Virus record (IMG/VR): IMGVR_UViG_3300047560_000921
Span: 124,001-188,000 of that record
Length of the DNA: 64,000 nucleotides
Direction: 5' to 3' (one strand)
In this document: one piece after another, positions 26,524-35,904 of the stretch
Position numbering within the stretch: position 1 is the first letter of the stretch
Layout of the letters: each line of letters starts with the position of its first letter
Position numbers and translations under genes: made by a program
The notes under the pieces: generated by a model
Seen by the model: only the letters and a program-made list of their open reading frames with translations
What the model was told of the DNA's origin: nothing
Database searches by the model: none

Positions 26524-26964
26524 TTAGTTTCTACGTAGAATACTTCTTAACATCCACGCATGTTTTTTGTGTACATCCACACGGTCTTGGATAAAGTTGC
26601 TTAGTCCAAGTTCTTGTGCGCCTTCTGCAAATTCGTACACTCTGTACAATAGTCCTAAGATCTTTTCGTTGTCGTCATGAATCTTAGCTATCATATCTAA
26701 TGCAGTAGGAATTTTTAATTCGTCTTCGATGATTGTTAGTTCTGCAAAACGACTTAAACTGCCAGGTGCAAACGAACCTAACTTACGAATGTTTTCAGCA
26801 ATAGGATCTACTGCTTCCCATAGTTCAGTATACAAGTCTTCAAAGAATTTGTGGAACTGAGGAAAGTGAACTCCTTCTACGTTCCAGTGATAGTTGTGTG
26901 TTTTAAGATATAATGCAAAAGTGCTGGCGTGCAACACTTTCATTTCGTGTACTAGTTGTTCCAT
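26524..26964 (-). CDS. dps: Dps family ferritin-like DNA protection protein
   Basis: LKTHNYHWNVEG, HKFFEDLY, DPIAENIRKLG, KKHAWML. Confidence 0.95.
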   Translation of the reverse strand: MEQLVHEMKVLHASTFALYLKTHNYHWNVEGVHFPQFHKFFEDLYTELWEAVDPIAENIRKLGSFAPGSLSRFAELTIIEDELKIPTALDMIAKIHDDNEKILGLLYRVYEFAEGAQELGLSNFIQDRVDVHKKHAWMLRSILRRN

Positions 26965-26965
26965 A

Positions 26966-27136
26966 TTATACTCCGCCTCCTACTAGCTTACCGTTGAATG
27001 GATGTTTAGTTCCCCATTTAGCAACAGGAATCTTTTTAGCTTTATCGGTGGCTTTAACTTGGTCCGAAAACACCTTGTCTTTAGTGTAATCAGAACCAAG
27101 TTTACTTTTCGATTCTACTAGTTCGTAGAATCTCAT
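26966..27136 (-). CDS. 56-aa peptide with MRFYELVE leader (below the ORF track cutoff)
   Basis: Manual translation MRFYELVESKSKLGSDYTKDKVFSDQVKATDKAKKIPVAKWGTKHPFNGKLVGGGV; ATGA-coupled to the upstream gene and fills the gap exactly. Confidence 0.8.
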   Translation of the reverse strand: MRFYELVESKSKLGSDYTKDKVFSDQVKATDKAKKIPVAKWGTKHPFNGKLVGGGV

Positions 27137-28407
27137 AGCATACGTGCCGCAGTAACAGCCTTGCTTACAGATTCATGAAGCTTCTGTACAACTTCTGCTA
27201 CCTTAGGATTGTTGCGTTGACTTTCGCTCAAGCTGTCAATCTTACGTAGTGTTTCTTTAACTTGCTTCTTAAGAACAGACAAGCTAGCTTGTGCTTCTTT
27301 AACTTTCTTAGGACGACCGCGGCCACGTTTTGGAGCATTAGGATCTGGCAGTGGACGAGTACGCGGACGACCGCGGCCACGCTTCTCACCAGTACTAGTG
27401 TCCTTGCCGTCTGCTGTAGTTGTTTCTTCGCTATCAGCTCCGCCGTAGTCTTTTCTTGCACGGTGGATCATACCAGTTTTAGTATACTCTACTTCACCTT
27501 TGCTTGTACGCTTCTTCTCGCCTGCTTTTGGCTTGTCGTCGTCCTTGCGGTTTTTCCAGTCGAAGGCATTACCACTGCTGGCTTCCTTCATTTTCTTTTT
27601 GCCTTCGTTAATCATACTTACTCCGATTGTATATTGGAACATTTCATCCAATTCGTCAAATTGTGCTCGTGTCTCAGACACTAGCGTTTGTACATATTTT
27701 GTAGCACCTTTGATACTATCAAAAGTATCTGCTACGTTTTCGCCTACATACACTTTAAATGCACCAGCCGCGTTCTGACGAACAGAAATTTGCGTTGGGT
27801 CTGGCATACTTACTTCAGCTTCTACTAGGGTATCTTCTTCTAAGGTACCAACTTTAACAATGTACTCTCCGTTGCTTTCTACAAAGAAAGGAATAAAGTC
27901 ATTGCTAAACTGTTGCAATGTTTCTACAATGTCCATTGCAGTTTGTTTATTAGTAGTCTTAATAGCACCGTCGACGTAAAAGTCTACACCATTCTCTAGT
28001 AAATGGTCATGCAGTGTTCCTACAATCGCATCTTCTAATGTAGGGAACGATGTTTCATGAAATTGTGCTACACGGTCTTGATATGTCATAGCGTTGTCCT
28101 CTTTAACTTCTATAGCTTGTGCAACTGTGCCCATTGGTGCGCCCATTTGCTGATATTTTGCTTTAGCTTCCATTTCGTTTTTAGCGAATACATGGAATGA
28201 TCCATTTGGATCTTTTTGTGTTTTTAAACTGTATGCTTTCTCGCCAGGACCTTTAACCAACTCTTGTGCATTTTGTTGATTAGGATCGTTGGGATTCTGT
28301 TGACCTGGCTGTTGCTGAGCTTGCTGACCAGGTGCAACTGGACCTTGCGGCTTTGTAACACCAGGTGTTACCGGTTTAGTCGGGGTCATTGGAGTAGGTG
28401 TTGGCAT
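27133..28407 (-). CDS. putative internal head protein with two AT-hook motifs
   Basis: KRGRGRPR and KRGRGRPKK; Pro/Gln-rich N-terminus; many xxE sites. Confidence 0.6.
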   Translation of the reverse strand: MPTPTPMTPTKPVTPGVTKPQGPVAPGQQAQQQPGQQNPNDPNQQNAQELVKGPGEKAYSLKTQKDPNGSFHVFAKNEMEAKAKYQQMGAPMGTVAQAIEVKEDNAMTYQDRVAQFHETSFPTLEDAIVGTLHDHLLENGVDFYVDGAIKTTNKQTAMDIVETLQQFSNDFIPFFVESNGEYIVKVGTLEEDTLVEAEVSMPDPTQISVRQNAAGAFKVYVGENVADTFDSIKGATKYVQTLVSETRAQFDELDEMFQYTIGVSMINEGKKKMKEASSGNAFDWKNRKDDDKPKAGEKKRTSKGEVEYTKTGMIHRARKDYGGADSEETTTADGKDTSTGEKRGRGRPRTRPLPDPNAPKRGRGRPKKVKEAQASLSVLKKQVKETLRKIDSLSESQRNNPKVAEVVQKLHESVSKAVTAARML

Positions 28408-29360
28408 TATTTTTTACCTGCAAACATCTTTGCTACACGGGCTAGTGCTTCTGCATCTACGGATTCGTTGCTAGTAGAACGGGTTGTAGATAACTTGTAC
28501 TGACTCCATTCGTCCATTAGCGATGAAGTTTCGCCTAGCTTGGCTTCTGTTTCTTTTACGTGATCTGGCAAGCCTTTGTGCGTGGTCTTAGCATAGTCTT
28601 TGGCTGCTTTCTTAGGCATGTCTTTTGCTACTTTAGCAACTTCCTTGCTAGCAGGCTTTTCGCCTTTTTGTGCGGCATGGACCATGCCCATAAAACGTTG
28701 TTGTGCTTTGCTAACAGCCTTTTCCATTACAGCACTTTCTTTAACATCGTCGAAGATGAAGTTTGCAATGTGTTCAGCATTTTGTGGAGTAGTGCCTTCA
28801 ATCTTTTTAGTGATTAGTTTAACTAATTTTTCCTTATCGAACTCAGGATCTAAGTCGCCGCGATTCTTAGCATACTTTTGAATAGCTTTGATACCGCTTA
28901 ATACTGTGCTTAGGTCTTGTTCAGTTGGAGCAGGAGTTGCTGGCTCAACAGCTAATGCACCATCTTGTGGTGCTGGGGCAGGTGCCTGAGCAGGAGCCGC
29001 TTGATTTTGTGTTGGATCTTGTGCGGCGTTAGGATCTTGTTGCTCACCGTCTTCACTTAATGCGCTTTCTTCGTATTCGTGGTGGCCATGGCCCGCACGA
29101 TATTCGCCGTTAAGTTGAAATTCATTGCTATGTAAACTACGATATTCTACATAGTCTTTTACTGTATCAATATAGTCGGCGGCTAGTGCAATCTTTTCTA
29201 AGATCCATGGTTCTAAGCTATCAGTATCTTTGATAATTCTATGTAGTTGGATCGCATTTTTAATGGCATCGTATAAATTACTTTTTGCCATGAATCCAGC
29301 ATCATCGGAATCGTCTAATACGCTTTCGATTAACTGTTCTTGGATAGATTTTTTACTCAT
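28407..29360 (-). CDS. putative virion/internal protein with DUF3008-like domain
   Basis: AVSKAQQRFMGMVHAAQKGEKP...KTTHKGLPDHV; low-complexity Ala/Pro/Gln linker. Confidence 0.6.
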   Translation of the reverse strand: MSKKSIQEQLIESVLDDSDDAGFMAKSNLYDAIKNAIQLHRIIKDTDSLEPWILEKIALAADYIDTVKDYVEYRSLHSNEFQLNGEYRAGHGHHEYEESALSEDGEQQDPNAAQDPTQNQAAPAQAPAPAPQDGALAVEPATPAPTEQDLSTVLSGIKAIQKYAKNRGDLDPEFDKEKLVKLITKKIEGTTPQNAEHIANFIFDDVKESAVMEKAVSKAQQRFMGMVHAAQKGEKPASKEVAKVAKDMPKKAAKDYAKTTHKGLPDHVKETEAKLGETSSLMDEWSQYKLSTTRSTSNESVDAEALARVAKMFAGKK

Positions 29361-29436
29361 ATATGTTAGCTCGCAGAATTCTTACCCAATAAATGGGATT
29401 TTCATGTATTATTTAGCAGAAAATGAAATTAAATGA

Positions 29437-29898
29437 TTAAGCCAATCGACTCTCGGCAACTTGCTTAACTGCTTGAATTGCAGGTTGTACTTGGTTCTTT
29501 TTCAGTGTAACCGGGTAAGATTTGCCATTATGTTCGAATTCATCTTTACCAGACGCCGCGGCCCTGATGTGTGCAAATGCAAAATCTTCTTCGCTGCCGC
29601 CTAGCTTTTTTGCAGCCCAGTCCCATAATTGGTCAGCGCCCGCCATGGCAAACTTACTGGCATTATAAGCACCGGCGGCACCCATTCCGATGCCTAAAAT
29701 TGGACCTAGTATTCCTATTAATGCCGGCGTGCCTGCGGCAGCAATGCCGCCAACAGCTAGTCCAGCCGCGCCGCGTACTAATGCTGGAGCCGCCTCATCG
29801 GTTTTCTTTTTAGATACTCTACGTTGCATAGAGCCCATGGGCGTTGCTACTGCGGCAACGGCACCTGACGTGCATTCAACTAGTTCGTGTAATCTCAT
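29437..29898 (-). CDS. putative internal protein with MRLHELVE leader and Gly/Ala-rich hydrophobic segment
   Basis: Leader motif; late-promoter box immediately upstream. Confidence 0.65.
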   Translation of the reverse strand: MRLHELVECTSGAVAAVATPMGSMQRRVSKKKTDEAAPALVRGAAGLAVGGIAAAGTPALIGILGPILGIGMGAAGAYNASKFAMAGADQLWDWAAKKLGGSEEDFAFAHIRAAASGKDEFEHNGKSYPVTLKKNQVQPAIQAVKQVAESRLA

Positions 29899-29903
29899 AA
29901 TTA

Positions 29904-29911
29904 TATTTATA
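29904..29911 (-). promoter_or_regulatory. T4 late promoter consensus TATAAATA
   Basis: Exact TATAAATA 6 nt upstream of ATG 29898. Confidence 0.7.
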
Positions 29912-29976
29912 CGGGGCTATAAGGGTTACGGAACCTATCGTAGCCATCGTCCTCTGGAAAAACTGGATATTCGTTA

Positions 29977-30828
29977 TCACATGACATAAACATTACCCTC
30001 TGCGTTCCCTAATACATCACTAAACATCATGCCCATATCGTTGGCTAGTCTTGCAGTTGCTTCTTCTCTACTAAGTTCATCTGCATAGTCTTGCTTGATA
30101 CGCATACCGTTAGTTGCATTACCCCATGCTTTACGGCCGTAGCTTAATGCCACTGGCAATGGGTTAAGGGTTACATGTCCAGTCTTGATATACTGGGCAA
30201 ATAATTCGTACAAGAATTCATATGGACGTTTAATTTGTCCTGTTCTACTACTACGTTGGGTGCCAATGGCATTAAACAGTGCGTTGTATTCAGCTGACAT
30301 ATCCCAGTTAACGCTGGAATTATATGAGCTTCTTGTGTTCTTGCCATAGTACTCTTGCAATATTCCATTGACGGTATTAAAGAATAGCTTTTCTGTTTCA
30401 GTCCATGCATTAGTTACATTACCCATGCGGCGATTAGTGGCTTGGATAGCATGTCCAAACCTATGTGCCATGATCCATGGGGTCATCATAACTCTACCAG
30501 TGCCACTGTTACCCACAAACACAATAGTAATTGCCGATTCGTGCCCTTGCATGATTTGATTTACTTGCTCGGGACTAAACATTTGAGCCAATGTATCTTG
30601 TTTAACTAAACCTGTTTCAGCTTTCTTACCAGTTCCAGTAACATTACTGAAAAATAGTCTAAAGTCGTAGGGAGTGTTTTCTAAAAACTGTGCAGTCTTT
30701 AACTTGTTAGTGTCGTGGGTAATAAGTTTTCTATCAACTTCATGACGAAATGGACCACTTTTGTCAAAGTCGCCTAATGTGTCGTAGCTTGCCAATGGCA
30801 TTTCGCTGATTAAATCACGTAATCTCAT
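29977..30828 (-). CDS. hypothetical protein with MRLRDL leader; HRFGH motif
   Basis: TPWIMAHRFGHAI resembles a zincin HExxH helix with Glu replaced by Arg. Confidence 0.6.
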   Translation of the reverse strand: MRLRDLISEMPLASYDTLGDFDKSGPFRHEVDRKLITHDTNKLKTAQFLENTPYDFRLFFSNVTGTGKKAETGLVKQDTLAQMFSPEQVNQIMQGHESAITIVFVGNSGTGRVMMTPWIMAHRFGHAIQATNRRMGNVTNAWTETEKLFFNTVNGILQEYYGKNTRSSYNSSVNWDMSAEYNALFNAIGTQRSSRTGQIKRPYEFLYELFAQYIKTGHVTLNPLPVALSYGRKAWGNATNGMRIKQDYADELSREEATARLANDMGMMFSDVLGNAEGNVYVM

Positions 30829-31364
30829 AGTGTTGGGTTTCCAAATACAGTTTCTCTAACAACCTTACCGCCGGGCAGTCTACGGTCGTATGTATCATTG
30901 TCTACCATTTCTAAAAATGGATCATTGAACAATGCTTGCAGTGTTTTTAAATCTTCTACAGCCGGTATGCTGAGCTTTTTCAATATATGACGCATAGCGT
31001 CACTGGACTCTAACCATACACCTGGCTTAGTTAGCATTTGTTGTATCTTATTAATAGCTTTATCTTTGCTAGTTCTAGATCCATCATGCCCGATGCCTTG
31101 AATTTTAAAACCATGCCATGGTTCGCCTGCTCTATTGCGTCTATAAAATACACAAGCATCTACATCTGGATCATGATCCCAGTCTATTACGTTCCAGTCA
31201 CTGGGTATAACATCTTTAAGACTGTTAACAAAACTTCCTTGCGGAGTATTACTATATGCAACCTGCACTAAGCCCACAAGGTCATCGCTTACTTCATGCT
31301 TGTCTGCATTAGATATGTCAATGACCCATTGGTTCTTAGGAAGGTCTAGTTCAAATAATCTCAT
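30825..31364 (-). CDS. hypothetical protein with MRLFEL leader
   Basis: 179-aa ORF, translationally coupled. Confidence 0.65.
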   Translation of the reverse strand: MRLFELDLPKNQWVIDISNADKHEVSDDLVGLVQVAYSNTPQGSFVNSLKDVIPSDWNVIDWDHDPDVDACVFYRRNRAGEPWHGFKIQGIGHDGSRTSKDKAINKIQQMLTKPGVWLESSDAMRHILKKLSIPAVEDLKTLQALFNDPFLEMVDNDTYDRRLPGGKVVRETVFGNPTL

Positions 31365-32518
31365 TAATGGAATAGTAAGTAACTGCCCACAACATCATTG
31401 CGGTTAGCAGAGTTATCGCCATCACCTGGCATAACAATAACGTTCCACTTTGGCTTATCGCCTACTGGAAGTTTCATCATTTGATCGTATGTTAAAATGC
31501 TGTCTTTATCAATGTGATACTTTTGTGCCAGACGATCCTTAAAGCCTTCTAAGTTATTTGCACTTGCAAATTGCATACGTCCTTTAGAATCCTTTTTCAA
31601 CTCGTTACCATCACGTGCAATCAAGTCAAAGAACATGTCCTTAGGGACAACCTTACTATGCTTGGTACGTACTAAATCAACTTTCTTTTCTTGTCCACGT
31701 TTAGCACCTTGGGAAAAGTTCATGTTAAAGTTCTTTGGACGAGCGGCATTGGCAACATCACCCATCTTAGTGTAAGCATAGAAGCCAACGTCTGGGTTAG
31801 CTTCAGCAACAGCGTAGGCCATGTCCATGTACTCTGGGCTAAAGAAGTCGCCAGCATCATGCCACCGCACAACAATCTTCGCACCTTTTTTAGCATACTT
31901 GACTTTAGCGGCCGCAATTTCTGCGTTTAACTTTTCTGTAAAACCTTCTGGGTCGTTTAACAAGAAGTTAAGCATACGGGCCAAGCCCATGCTAACTGCT
32001 TTGAACATCACATAGCTACCTTTCATAGCATAGCAATAAGTTTGGCAAGCACCAGCGCCCGGGCAAGTGTCTACAACCACGAACTCACCGGTCTTTTCAT
32101 TTACAGCAAGACCCTTTAAGGCTGGCAAGCCAATATCAAAGATTGCTTCAGTACCAGTTTCGCTGTGTTGCATTTTAGCATTTTGTCCAAGAATGCTCTT
32201 TGGACGAACCATAATAGCGGCTTTTAGTTTTTCAGTATCAAATGTTTTACCGGACTCGTCTTTAACTTCAATGTTGCTACCGTGGATATATGGATAATCA
32301 TATTTGTCACGCTTGGTTTTTTGTTTGTTTTTACTGCGGCCCATTAGAGCTTGCATTTCATCGTCGGGTATTGAACGATAGTTTGCGCCTAGGCCAAAGT
32401 CGGCTTCGTCAAGATCTTCGTCGGGGTCAACAAATTGACCTAAGGACATTACAGTAAGACCGTTTAACTTACTTTCCGTTAGTGTTGTTTTAGATTCGAA
32501 TAGTTCGTAAAATCTCAT
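31364..32518 (-). CDS. GP88-like protein (Cys-x5-Cys-x3-Cys) with MRFYELFE leader
   Basis: TCPGAGACQTYCYAMKG, VRWHDAGDF, YAYTK. Confidence 0.65.
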   Translation of the reverse strand: MRFYELFESKTTLTESKLNGLTVMSLGQFVDPDEDLDEADFGLGANYRSIPDDEMQALMGRSKNKQKTKRDKYDYPYIHGSNIEVKDESGKTFDTEKLKAAIMVRPKSILGQNAKMQHSETGTEAIFDIGLPALKGLAVNEKTGEFVVVDTCPGAGACQTYCYAMKGSYVMFKAVSMGLARMLNFLLNDPEGFTEKLNAEIAAAKVKYAKKGAKIVVRWHDAGDFFSPEYMDMAYAVAEANPDVGFYAYTKMGDVANAARPKNFNMNFSQGAKRGQEKKVDLVRTKHSKVVPKDMFFDLIARDGNELKKDSKGRMQFASANNLEGFKDRLAQKYHIDKDSILTYDQMMKLPVGDKPKWNVIVMPGDGDNSANRNDVVGSYLLFH

Positions 32519-32527
32519 TGTATATCC

Positions 32528-33772
32528 TTACTTTACAGTTTCAACAGCATCAGCAAATGCTTGTGGTATAAGTTTTTGTAGCAATGCGCTAAGTTCGCCT
32601 TCAATGGTCATAGCACATTCAAACTCTGCTTCTTCGTCTTCAATATCTTCTAGCACTTCTTGAATGTAGAACCATATTTCACGGCCGCGAACAAAGTCAG
32701 TAATAGGTCCACTTATCTCGTCGTACAAGGCATCGTCGTCGTTAACTAGTTCAGGAGCCTCTTGAATCAGTTGTACGATTGATCTAGTAAGATCATTGAT
32801 GCCACGCTTACTCATCATGTCTTCTGCTAGTTCATAAATTTCTTCCATGCCGTTAAAGAACTTTACAGCCCTGCCCATTTCTTTAAAGATTTCTTTAGCT
32901 AGCGTTGTTCTATTTTGTTCAAGTAAGTGTCTTAGGGATTCACCAAACACTGGCATAGCTCTAATCATCAATGCTGGTAAGTCGGTGATTTCTGGATCTA
33001 ATGCAAGGATGTGATTTTCTTTTGCTTGTCGAGCAAAGATAGTTGCTAGTTGTGGGTAGCGGTTTCTTAGTTCAGTTAAGTTAACACGATGGTCCTTTTC
33101 ATTCATGAACTGTTTTGTTTGGAAGTGGAACTGATACTTCTCACCGGCATATGAAGGCTTCTTAGGAAGGATAATATACATTTCGCCTTCTTTGTTATAG
33201 CGATTGAACATGTTATTCTCTTTACCCGCTGTACACCACTTAGTACCCTGTCCATAATAACAAGCGGCTGTTTGGTCTTCGGGAATAAGAACACGAATAT
33301 CTGCATCTTGATAGTAAGGCTTAGCCTGCCCACGGTCAACATCTTTTGGCTCATCTACTACATCTGGATGTTGGTCAACAACTTGTACTAGTCCTGCTAG
33401 GTCTTTGATACGGCCAATGTCGTTGTTTGGTGCTGGAATTTGTTTTTTGTTTACTAACTTGAAGAACTTTTGTAGGGGCTCTGTTACTTTAGTGATAGCG
33501 TCTTCAAACTTTAAGGATGGGTTGTTAACGTAGTTGCGAATAATCCATGGCACATATTGTTTGTTCTTTGTTGGATCAGCTAGTTCAATGCGTCCTAGTA
33601 AATGATCTAAGACTACTTGGTCTTCTGCGCCAGCATTAACAATGCGTTGTTGCCACTGTGGCGGCTCTTTTTGGAACTTTGCTAGCAGGCCGGCACCCAG
33701 TTTTTGCGCTGTAACGTCGCGGCTGTACTCTAGTAAAGTTGATGTATTAGTAAAAAGTTCAAATAATCTCAT
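32528..33772 (-). CDS. PcfJ-like/GTKWC-domain protein with MRLFELF leader
   Basis: AACYYGQGTKWCTAG...YIILP...KYQFHF. Confidence 0.55.
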   Translation of the reverse strand: MRLFELFTNTSTLLEYSRDVTAQKLGAGLLAKFQKEPPQWQQRIVNAGAEDQVVLDHLLGRIELADPTKNKQYVPWIIRNYVNNPSLKFEDAITKVTEPLQKFFKLVNKKQIPAPNNDIGRIKDLAGLVQVVDQHPDVVDEPKDVDRGQAKPYYQDADIRVLIPEDQTAACYYGQGTKWCTAGKENNMFNRYNKEGEMYIILPKKPSYAGEKYQFHFQTKQFMNEKDHRVNLTELRNRYPQLATIFARQAKENHILALDPEITDLPALMIRAMPVFGESLRHLLEQNRTTLAKEIFKEMGRAVKFFNGMEEIYELAEDMMSKRGINDLTRSIVQLIQEAPELVNDDDALYDEISGPITDFVRGREIWFYIQEVLEDIEDEEAEFECAMTIEGELSALLQKLIPQAFADAVETVK

Positions 33773-33792
33773 AATAAATGGCTCAATTCATG

Positions 33793-33800
33793 TATTTATT
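33793..33800 (-). promoter_or_regulatory. T4-like late promoter box
   Basis: AATAAATA upstream of ATG 33772. Confidence 0.5.
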
Positions 33801-33822
33801 GAATTTAAGCCATTTAATTTTG

Positions 33823-34926
33823 TTACAGAATGTTGGGGTTTACACCCACTTGAACTAGCCTGTTGCGTATGGTTTCTTCCATGCTGGCAGCGATTTCATC
33901 ATCTTCGCGCCACATGTCGTCGAAGTTTAAGTCAGCATTTTCTAGAATTCCTAACTTGGCAAATGTCTTAGTGATTCTAGGAGTTAACAAGCCAATGTCC
34001 TTGATGATAGGAACAATGCGGCTCATCATGTGCTTTTTGACTTTGTGGTAAGCAACGTTTTCTTTAATCTGACGGCCAACATCTTTCATGTCCAAGTGAT
34101 GGTCCAGGATTTCGTTAAAGTCTAAACGTGCATACAGCCACATAACACAAGCAATCAAATAGTCCTCGCGGTCCATTAGTTCTTGCGGGGTTAGGCTCTT
34201 ATAAAAGTCTTTAAGAATGTAACGTCCAAATGCAATATGTCTGGCTTCGTCCTGCATGATATAAGCTAACATACTTTTAGCCAATGGGTTAGAAGCATTG
34301 TCACGCATTAGTTGCATACTACCGATACCCCACCCTTCTGCTACAACGTGACTATTAAGGAACACTAAGTCCCACTTGTCGCTTTTAAACGCAATTTCAT
34401 ACATCTTCATCAAGCTACGCTGTACAGGACGTACCATGTCAATGCGGTGTGCAAACTTACCAAACGCTTCGATGTGACGACTTTCGTCAATGGCCTGTGT
34501 AGTAGCTAGCCACTTAGCATCATGATCTGGTGCGCTTTCGATAATCTTAGCCGCACTAATCATAGCACCTTGCTCACCGTGAATAAAGGCCCCAATCAAG
34601 TAAGCATTATAATCGTAGACAATATCGTCTCTAGTCTTTTGACTTAGCTTGCCCCATAGCTCAGTGCCATATAAAGGAACAATAGTTTCGTCAATACCCA
34701 TTGGATTGCGTGGGTCTGTTTCAATGGACCAATCAATTCTAGTTTGTGCGTCCCACTGCTCTCGCTTACTTTTTTCGTACAGTGCTAGCAGTTCTTTTCT
34801 ATGGTCGTTGTATTCCCAGCTGAAGTTGGTGGGACAGCCATTGGCAATTTCCCAGTTCATTTGATAGCCAGCAGGTAGCTGGCTTTGTGTTGTGTGTGGA
34901 CCCAATGGGTGCTGTCTGTTTGTCAT
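33823..34926 (-). CDS. ferritin-like diiron oxygenase (AurF-like family)
   Basis: HGEQG...DESRH...EGWG...DEARH paired ExxH diiron ligands; YEKSKREQWDAQTRIDW. Confidence 0.8.
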   Translation of the reverse strand: MTNRQHPLGPHTTQSQLPAGYQMNWEIANGCPTNFSWEYNDHRKELLALYEKSKREQWDAQTRIDWSIETDPRNPMGIDETIVPLYGTELWGKLSQKTRDDIVYDYNAYLIGAFIHGEQGAMISAAKIIESAPDHDAKWLATTQAIDESRHIEAFGKFAHRIDMVRPVQRSLMKMYEIAFKSDKWDLVFLNSHVVAEGWGIGSMQLMRDNASNPLAKSMLAYIMQDEARHIAFGRYILKDFYKSLTPQELMDREDYLIACVMWLYARLDFNEILDHHLDMKDVGRQIKENVAYHKVKKHMMSRIVPIIKDIGLLTPRITKTFAKLGILENADLNFDDMWREDDEIAASMEETIRNRLVQVGVNPNIL

Positions 34927-34931
34927 AGTGT

Positions 34932-35555
34932 TTAGTCGGGTAAAATTTGATCAGGTGGTAGTGTAACAGCCACAGGGCACATTGGACGATTCATATGCTC
35001 GATTACTGTATTGCCGTGTCTGGCTCCCCACATTTGTTGGCTAAGGAAATTAATAGCTACGTACCATGAACCCGCAGGATTGTTAACTACAGTCTTGATT
35101 TTCAAGTCGTCGTTTAGCATAATGCAAGTGGTAAATGGTAAAGTTTCCACTAATTCGTCGGCATCGTTGTATAACTCCAGCACCATGTCATCGCAGCCTG
35201 CAACAGGAATAAACAATGTTACACGTAAATGATGCCAAATCCTTAATTGCAGATTTGCACGTTGATTAGCTACATGTTGTTTAGTTTCTTTTGAAATTTC
35301 AACAATGGGGTAATCTTGCTGTGGTAATCCAAATATTTGGAAATATGCAGGATGGATAGTATTGTTGCCGGCTAGTAACTGTGCAGGTTCCCAGGATGTA
35401 AGAGAATAGTAAAATTCTTCAGGCTGGCGTGTTTTAAACACTGGCACTTCACTAAAGGTATTAGTTTCGATAGGCGTATGTACGTACAAATCAGCCATCA
35501 TTTGCTGAAATTCTGCTAATTTGTGTAAGGCAATTCTTCTATAGTTATTCTGCAT
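34932..35555 (-). CDS. hypothetical protein
   Basis: 207-aa ORF directly behind a sigma70 promoter. Confidence 0.6.
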   Translation of the reverse strand: MQNNYRRIALHKLAEFQQMMADLYVHTPIETNTFSEVPVFKTRQPEEFYYSLTSWEPAQLLAGNNTIHPAYFQIFGLPQQDYPIVEISKETKQHVANQRANLQLRIWHHLRVTLFIPVAGCDDMVLELYNDADELVETLPFTTCIMLNDDLKIKTVVNNPAGSWYVAINFLSQQMWGARHGNTVIEHMNRPMCPVAVTLPPDQILPD

Positions 35556-35566
35556 GTTAAAATCCC

Positions 35567-35595
35567 ATTATATAGTATTTACCTGGATTCGTCAA
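35567..35595 (-). promoter_or_regulatory. sigma70-type promoter
   Basis: TTGACG-N17-TATAAT, with TAAATA inside the spacer. Confidence 0.7.
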
Positions 35596-35897
35596 CTCTT
35601 TTTGGGCATTGGGTCTTCGCCTGTCATGTCCTGGCGTGCAAACCATAACTTGAACCATTCATCTGTACCTGGACGAATGTTATGTTGTTGTTGATACTGT
35701 GCTTTGTTTGGTATTTTAGGTATGCTTGCAGAATCGCGTTTTTCTGTAAGTTTGTCCATGATGCCTAACGTGTCAATGCCTGCGGATTTTTTAAGTTCTG
35801 CTAGCACACTAGGGTCAACATAAGCATCTGGAATAGAAGGATCGTCGCCTTGCAAACGGAAAGTATCACTGGTAATTTTGTATTGTTTCATAGTCAT
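35592..35897 (-). CDS. hypothetical phage protein
   Basis: C-terminal IRPGTDEWFKLWF motif; start reassigned to avoid overlap with the upstream gene. Confidence 0.65.
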   Translation of the reverse strand: MTMKQYKITSDTFRLQGDDPSIPDAYVDPSVLAELKKSAGIDTLGIMDKLTEKRDSASIPKIPNKAQYQQQHNIRPGTDEWFKLWFARQDMTGEDPMPKKS

Positions 35898-35904
35898 ATT
35901 TAAG

